Below are positions 30,581 through 35,991 of a stretch of 35,991 nucleotides of DNA, one piece after another. The notes beneath the pieces are model-generated. The model saw nothing but the letters and a program-made list of their open reading frames with translations. It did no database searches and was not told the origin of the DNA. The translations under genes and the position numbers were made by a program. This stretch comes from a virus. Position 1 is the stretch's first letter. Every line of letters begins with the position of its first letter. The stretch lies in the UHGV virus genome UHGV-0222783, one strand, 5' to 3'.

Positions 30581-31117
30581 TCAAACAACCCACCAGTTTG
30601 CCTGATTGGATGCCAGCCTTGCAGTTTTTATGGAATTAATTATGCCATGCTCAAGAGCCTTGTTAGCATCCAAAATGGTCGAGTCTGCTATCAGGGATGC
30701 CCACCTAATATGGGTTCCGATGTCGATATTGAACGTCTCAACGAAGCGATCAAGATCGTTATCGAGGCATTTCCCGTACTCTCTCAATCTGGCATGGTCG
30801 GCGGCTGGGGAGGCAAAGCACCATAATAGAGGATGTAACAGGAATCTTGATAATGGGTTTGCGAAACGTTCTGAGCCAGCCAGGAAAACGATATTAGCTA
30901 TGGATTCAACATTGCTTATGTTGTGAGTTCTAACGGTAACAGGGAGTGACTTAAGAAAGTTATACGCAGTAAAGCCAGCAGCAGTTTCCCCTCCCTGACT
31001 TGATATATGGATATTTAATTCAGTTGCGCCTTGAGATAATGCGGTGAGACAGTGGTTCTGAAGTTGCCCAACAGTGGCAGTGTTAACAGGGCATAAGAAA
31101 TGAATTGTGTGCAGCAT
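30581..31117 (-). CDS. ClpP-family serine peptidase homolog (178 aa)
   Basis: By-eye alignment to E. coli ClpP: [23 protein letters not shown] vs [51 protein letters not shown] vs [32 protein letters not shown]. The catalytic Ser and His positions appear conserved. ATG overlaps the Mnt-like stop (TAATG). Confidence 0.6.
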   Translation of the reverse strand: [178 protein letters not shown]

Positions 31118-31365
31118 TATTTTTCATCCTTAGCATACATGGTCTTTAGCGTCTCAAGTAGCGCCTCTTTGAATTTATCAGCTTCTTGCTGAGCAAATGA
31201 CTCAACTGACTTTGGCGACCTATCTTCATCAATCGCGGCTTGCAAAATCATGACGATCTCGGAGTTAACAGAGCGACCATTTTTTGATGCTCTGACAGCA
31301 AGAGCCTCGCGTAAAGATTCAGGGATTCTTACCGTAGTTGGAGAAATTGACACACCCTTTGCCAT
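31117..31365 (-). CDS. Mnt/Arc-type ribbon-helix-helix repressor
   Basis: MAKGVSISPTTVRIPESLREALAVRASKNGRSVNSEIVMIL... is an RHH motif (compare P22 Mnt ..REKLKFRAEANGRSMNSELLQIV). ATG at 31365. Confidence 0.7.
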   Translation of the reverse strand: MAKGVSISPTTVRIPESLREALAVRASKNGRSVNSEIVMILQAAIDEDRSPKSVESFAQQEADKFKEALLETLKTMYAKDEK

Positions 31366-31388
31366 ATAACACCTTTGGTATTCAATTT

Positions 31389-31441
31389 GATAGCAAAGTG
31401 TATGCAAAAAAATTTTGACTAGATATACTCACTTTGCTATC
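31389..31441. promoter_or_regulatory. divergent promoter/operator region with 12-bp perfect inverted repeat
   Basis: gatagcaaagtg (31389..31400) and its reverse complement cactttgctatc (31430..31441) bracket a TTGACT -35-like hexamer, between divergent RHH repressor genes. Confidence 0.5.
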
Positions 31442-31479
31442 TTTTGTATTCGAAAAGAGTTGTTTGCGTGGAGGGTAAC

Positions 31480-31632
31480 ATGGAGAAAGAAATAAGTAAG
31501 ATTTTGGTAAGGATGCCGCAGTCGTTAAAGGATGCTATCGGTAGCAGGGCAAAGGAAGAGTGCAGGTCGTTTAACTCAGAGGTTATCAAGCGCCTGATAG
31601 ACAGCCTGAAGAGAGAGGGGGTAACGGTGTGA
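31480..31632 (+). CDS. Arc-like ribbon-helix-helix repressor (50 aa)
   Basis: MEKEISKILVRMPQSLKDAIGSRAKEECRSFNSEVIKRLIDSLKREGVTV; RHH pattern (compare P22 Arc ..RWPREVLDLVRKVAEENGRSVNSEIYQRV). GGAGGG SD. Confidence 0.65.
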   Translation: MEKEISKILVRMPQSLKDAIGSRAKEECRSFNSEVIKRLIDSLKREGVTV

Positions 31633-31864
31633 TTCGCTTGGATGCAGTAGTCAAAGAGATTGCGATTACCATTTTAAGACCAAATTTTGTTCATGGCGAA
31701 TCATTTGGCACGAACGAAAAATTGAGAAGAGAAAGAGTATTCAGTGGCAAGCGCACGTTTTCAGAAGTGATGCTTGATGCGGCAAAGAAATCAAAACAGT
31801 GAAGCCCCAACTGCTGGAACAGTCAGGGCTTCGGTTGTCGGTAAATCCGTGGAGAAAAACCAAC

Positions 31865-32767
31865 ATGAATAGTATAGCAATTTTAGAAGCAGTGAACACC
31901 TCTTACGTGCCATTCAACGGTCAGCAAATTATCACCGCCATGGCTGCCGGAGTTGCATATGTTGCGATGAAGCCAATCGTTGAAAACCTCGGAATGAGCT
32001 GGTCAACGCAGCAAACAAAACTCATGAAGCAGATTAGCAAATTCAACTGTGTTCATATGAACATGGTTGCCGCTGATGGTAAGCTTCGTAAGCTACTCTG
32101 CCTTCCTTTGAAGAAGTTAAATGGATGGCTGTTCAGCATCAACCCTGAGAAAGTTCGTGCTGACATCCGCGATAAACTGATTCAGTACCAGGAAGAATGC
32201 TTTACTGTGCTGCATGACTACTGGACAAAGGGAGAGGCAGCAAATGCACGGAAGAAAACATCTGTTGATGACAGGACTCCGCTTCGTGATGCTGTAAATA
32301 TGCTAGTCAGCAAAAAGCATCTAATGTACCCAGAAGCTTATGCAATGATTCATCAGCGTTTCAATGTGGAAAGTATTGAAGAGCTTGATGCATCTCAGAT
32401 ACCACAAGCAGTAGAGTACATCCACAGGGTAGTGCTTGAAGGTGAGTTCATCGGCAAACAAGAGAAGAAAACCAACGAGCTTTCTGCAAAAGAAGCAAAC
32501 AGCCTTGTATGGCTATGGGATTATGCCAACCGCTCACAGGCATTATTCCGCGAACTGTATCCGGCGCTAAAACAAATTCAATCGAACTATTCCGGCAGAT
32601 GTCATGACTGCGGTTATGAGTTCTCCCGTATTATCGATATGGCGAGAGACGTTTTAATCAATCACACACGAGATGTTGATATCAATGAGCCAGACGGACC
32701 AACGAATCTTTCCGCATGGATGAGACTTAAGAATAAAGAATTACCTCCTTCAGTACATAATTACTGA
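31865..32767 (+). CDS. ant: antirepressor Ant (P22 Ant-like)
   Basis: [43 protein letters not shown]... resembles the P22 Ant N-terminal domain as recalled; downstream of Arc-like as in P22 immI. Confidence 0.7.
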   Translation: MNSIAILEAVNTSYVPFNGQQIITAMAAGVAYVAMKPIVENLGMSWSTQQTKLMKQISKFNCVHMNMVAADGKLRKLLCLPLKKLNGWLFSINPEKVRADIRDKLIQYQEECFTVLHDYWTKGEAANARKKTSVDDRTPLRDAVNMLVSKKHLMYPEAYAMIHQRFNVESIEELDASQIPQAVEYIHRVVLEGEFIGKQEKKTNELSAKEANSLVWLWDYANRSQALFRELYPALKQIQSNYSGRCHDCGYEFSRIIDMARDVLINHTRDVDINEPDGPTNLSAWMRLKNKELPPSVHNY

Positions 32768-32784
32768 CAGATAACCAACGCAAC

Positions 32785-32810
32785 GACCCAGCTTCGGCTG
32801 GGTTTTTTTA
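32785..32810 (+). terminator. intrinsic terminator after ant
   Basis: cccagc-ttcg-gctggg hairpin followed by ttttttt. Confidence 0.6.
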
Positions 32811-32867
32811 TGCCCAAAATTCACCGTGGCCATGCTGCGGCGATTCTTTGCATCTGGAGCAAATTAA

Positions 32868-35813
32868 ATGACAGACATTACAGCCAATGTGATTGTATCG
32901 ATGCCTTCGCAACTCTTCACTATGGCGCGTTCTTTTAAAGCCGTAGCCAATGGCAAAATTTATATCGGTAAAATTGACACTGATCCTGTAAATACAGAAA
33001 ACCAGATTCAGGTCTATGTGGAGAATGAAGACGGTTCTCACGTTCCTGTTTCGCAACCAATAATCATTAACGCTGCTGGATATCCGGTATATAACGGACA
33101 GATTGCCAAATTCGTTACCGTGCAAGGCCATTCTATGGCTGTTTATGATGCGTATGGTGCGCAGCAGTTCTATTTTCCTAATGTGCTGAAGTATGATCCT
33201 GATCAGTTACGGCAGCAATTAGAAGACACAGATGGAGCGAATAAATACCCAAAACTTCAGATAGCAAGATGGAGAGACAGTTATGATGTAAGAGGTTGGG
33301 GGGCTATTGGTGATGGTGTTCATGATGATACATCAGCTCTATCAGAATTACTTTCTGTTGCAACAGGTGGTGAAAAGATAGATGGGCGAGGGCTTACTTT
33401 TAAAGTATCAACTCTTCCAGATGTCAGTCGATTTAAAAATGCTCGTTTTTTATTTGAGAGAATACCGGGTCAGCCTCTTTTTTATGCTTCTGAAGATTTT
33501 ATCCAGGGAGAGTTATTTAAAATTACAGATACACCGTGGTACAACGCCTGGACGCAGGATAAAACGTTTGTATATGACAATGTCATCTATGCGCCTTTTA
33601 TGGCTGGAGACCGCCATGGTGTAAATAACCTCCATGTTGCATGGGTTCGCTCAGGAGATGACGGGAAGACCTGGACAACGCCGGAATGGCTTACAGATTT
33701 ACATGAAAACTATCCCACAGTTAACTATCACTGCATGAGTATGGGGGTTGTCAGAAATCGCCTTTTTGCTGTAATTGAGACGCGGACCGTGAGCGGAAAT
33801 AAACTGCAGGTTGCAGAGTTGTGGGATCGCCCAATGAGTCGCAGCCTTCGCGTTTATGGTGGTATAACGAAAGCAGCAAATCAGCAAGTCGCTTATATTC
33901 GCATTACTGATCACGGATTATTTGCTGGTGATTTTGTCAACTTCTCAAACTCTGGTGTTACAGGTGTTACCGGGAATATGACGGTGACTACTGTTATTGA
34001 TAAAAATACTTTTACAGTTACGACGCAAAATACCCAGGATGTGGATCAGAATAACGAGGGTAGATACTGGAGTTTTGGTACATCATTTCACTCGTCACCA
34101 TGGAGAAAAACCAGTCTTGGAACTATTCCTTCTTTTGTTGACGGAAGCACTCCTGTTACTGAGATTCACAGTTTTGCGACGATTAGCGATAACAGTTTTG
34201 CTGTTGGCTACCATAATGGTGATATTGGTCCACGCGAGCTTGGGATACTCTATTTCTCTGATGCTTTCGGTTCTCCTGGTAGCTTTGTTCGCAGACGCAT
34301 ACCTGCAGAATATGAGGCGAATGCATCTGAGCCATGTGTAAAATATTATGATGGCATTCTGTATCTGACGACCAGGGGGACATTAAGTACTCAACCCGGT
34401 AGTTCATTGCACAGAAGCTCTGATTTAGGTACATCATGGAATTCTCTTCGCTTCCCAAATAATGTTCATCACTCAAACCTTCCTTTTGCCAAAGTTGGCG
34501 ATGAGCTGATTATTTTTGGCAGTGAGCGCGCATTTGGTGAGTGGGAAGGAGGAGAACCTGATAACCGTTATGCAGGAAATTATCCAAGAACATTTATGAC
34601 CAGAGTTAACGTCAATGAGTGGAGTCTGGATAATGTAGAGTGGGTTAATGTTACTGATCAGATTTATCAGGGCGGAATAGTTAACTCTGCGGTTGGTGTT
34701 GGTTCAGTTTGTATCAAAGACAACTGGCTGTACTACATTTTCGGTGGGGAAGACTTTCTAAACCCATGGAGCATAGGGGATAACAACAGAAAATATCCTT
34801 ATGTTCACGATGGTCACCCGGCTGATTTGTATTGTTTCAGGGTGAAAATTAAACAGGAAGAATTTGTTTCAAGGGATTTTGTCTACGGAGCCACTCCTAA
34901 CAGAACGCTTCCTACTTTTATGTCGACGTCAGGCGTGAGGACGGTTCCTGTACCCGTTGATTTCACAGATGATGTTGCCGTCCAGTCACTGACTGTCCAT
35001 GCAGGTACATCAGGACAAGTTCGCGCGGAAGTCAAACTTGAGGGTAATTACGCCATTATTGCGAAGAAAGTACCGTCTGATGATGTTACCGCTCAGAGAT
35101 TAATCGTTAGCGGAGGTGAAACAACGTCTTCAGCAGATGGTGCAATGATAACGTTGCATGGTTCCGGAAGCAGTACTCCACGTCGCGCGGTATATAACGC
35201 ACTCGAACATCTTTTTGAGAACGGAGATGTTAAACCTTATCTTGATAATGTAAATGCTCTTGGTGGTCCGGGAAACAGGTTCTCGACAGTTTATCTTGGC
35301 TCCAATCCTGTGGTTACCAGTGACGGAACATTAAAGACAGAGCCGGTCTCTCCTGACGAAGCATTGCTGGATGCCTGGGGTGACGTCAGGTATATCGCTT
35401 ATAAATGGCTGAACGCTGTCGCTATAAAGGGGGAAGAAGGGGCGAGGATACATCATGGTGTAATCGCGCAGCAACTTCGTGATGTTCTTATTTCTCACGG
35501 ACTCATGGAAGAAGAAAGCACAACATGCCGCTATGCCTTTCTTTGCTATGACGATTATCCCGCAGTATATGATGACGTCATTACTGGCCAAAGGGAAATG
35601 CCGCTGACTGATAATGACGGGAGCATCATTGTTGATGAGGATGATAATCCAGTGATGGTAATGGAAGACATCATTGAGCGCGTTGAAATAACGCCAGCAG
35701 GATCTAGATGGGGGGTCAGACCTGATCTCTTATTCTATATCGAGGCAGCATGGCAGCGCAGAGAAATAGAAAGAATAAAAGCTAGGTTAGACTTAATAGA
35801 AGGGAAGCACTAA
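32868..35813 (+). CDS. tailspike: P22-type N-terminal head-binding domain fused to an endosialidase with C-terminal intramolecular chaperone domain
   Basis: 981 aa. N-terminus [42 protein letters not shown] is the P22-like particle-binding domain. Sialidase Asp-box motifs SGDDGKTW and SSDLGTSW. C-terminal region resembles the self-cleaving chaperone domain of K1-phage endosialidases. Confidence 0.8.
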   Translation: MTDITANVIVSMPSQLFTMARSFKAVANGKIYIGKIDTDPVNTENQIQVYVENEDGSHVPVSQPIIINAAGYPVYNGQIAKFVTVQGHSMAVYDAYGAQQFYFPNVLKYDPDQLRQQLEDTDGANKYPKLQIARWRDSYDVRGWGAIGDGVHDDTSALSELLSVATGGEKIDGRGLTFKVSTLPDVSRFKNARFLFERIPGQPLFYASEDFIQGELFKITDTPWYNAWTQDKTFVYDNVIYAPFMAGDRHGVNNLHVAWVRSGDDGKTWTTPEWLTDLHENYPTVNYHCMSMGVVRNRLFAVIETRTVSGNKLQVAELWDRPMSRSLRVYGGITKAANQQVAYIRITDHGLFAGDFVNFSNSGVTGVTGNMTVTTVIDKNTFTVTTQNTQDVDQNNEGRYWSFGTSFHSSPWRKTSLGTIPSFVDGSTPVTEIHSFATISDNSFAVGYHNGDIGPRELGILYFSDAFGSPGSFVRRRIPAEYEANASEPCVKYYDGILYLTTRGTLSTQPGSSLHRSSDLGTSWNSLRFPNNVHHSNLPFAKVGDELIIFGSERAFGEWEGGEPDNRYAGNYPRTFMTRVNVNEWSLDNVEWVNVTDQIYQGGIVNSAVGVGSVCIKDNWLYYIFGGEDFLNPWSIGDNNRKYPYVHDGHPADLYCFRVKIKQEEFVSRDFVYGATPNRTLPTFMSTSGVRTVPVPVDFTDDVAVQSLTVHAGTSGQVRAEVKLEGNYAIIAKKVPSDDVTAQRLIVSGGETTSSADGAMITLHGSGSSTPRRAVYNALEHLFENGDVKPYLDNVNALGGPGNRFSTVYLGSNPVVTSDGTLKTEPVSPDEALLDAWGDVRYIAYKWLNAVAIKGEEGARIHHGVIAQQLRDVLISHGLMEEESTTCRYAFLCYDDYPAVYDDVITGQREMPLTDNDGSIIVDEDDNPVMVMEDIIERVEITPAGSRWGVRPDLLFYIEAAWQRREIERIKARLDLIEGKH

Positions 35814-35972
35814 ATGTTTCGTTGGCGTCAAAAATATGAACTGATCACATAAAGAAGTAAGTACATTGGCAAAAAACATTGACGTCAACGAAATTAAATA
35901 TAAAAATTTAAATGCTTTTTAATGACAAGAAAAGTAACTAGTGGTAAAATAACGTAGGATACTAATATGTTA

Positions 35973-35991
35973 AGACTCAAGACTCAAGACT
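35973..35991. repeat. short tandem repeat (agactca unit) at window end
   Basis: gactcaagactcaagact; truncated by the window edge, in an A/T-rich intergenic tail after the tailspike. Confidence 0.3.

Noticed and set aside
30569-30926. Plus-strand ORFs (85 and 106 aa) overlapping the ClpP-like gene
   Set aside because: They are antisense to a frame with clear ClpP-family similarity and have no recognisable features; treated as shadow ORFs.

Overview
This 36 kb window reads as one nearly complete mosaic temperate phage (lambdoid early/regulatory genes joined to a P22/Sf6-like virion module), probably a prophage of an enterobacterial host. All calls come from reading the ORF translations and DNA motifs by eye and recalling known families; no database search or folding program was run. 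Layout, left to right: (1) a leftward PL operon (1..4008, minus strand) with N antiterminator, several unknown accessory ORFs, cIII-like, a kil-position small gene, Erf recombinase and an SSB-like protein; (2) a phage-434-type immunity region with cI (minus), cro (plus), three OL and three OR operators of the ACAA-N6-TTGT type, nutL and nutR, plus a signal-peptide protein gene translationally coupled downstream of cI; (3) a cII-like gene, an O-like initiator carrying ori iterons, and a DnaB-family helicase; (4) a nin region (ninB, ninE, ninX, ninF, YbcO-like, RusA, ninH) ending in a lambda-type Q; (5) pR', the tR' terminator, two tRNA-like genes, then the lysis cassette S-R-Rz/Rz1; (6) headful packaging and virion genes (TerS, TerL, portal, scaffold, coat, gp4/gp10/gp26-like, gp14-like, three ejection proteins); (7) a variable accessory island (28965..32867) with a small membrane protein, a two-gene operon of unknown function, a Mnt-like repressor coupled to a ClpP-family serine protease homolog, and an Arc-like/Ant antirepressor unit; (8) a chimeric tailspike whose body is an endosialidase (K1 polysialic-acid depolymerase type). 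No integrase, att site, CRISPR array or rRNA was found. The best candidates for undescribed biology are the Mnt/ClpP-like operon and the adjacent two-gene operon in the accessory island, the secreted protein coupled to cI, and the unknown PL-operon genes.
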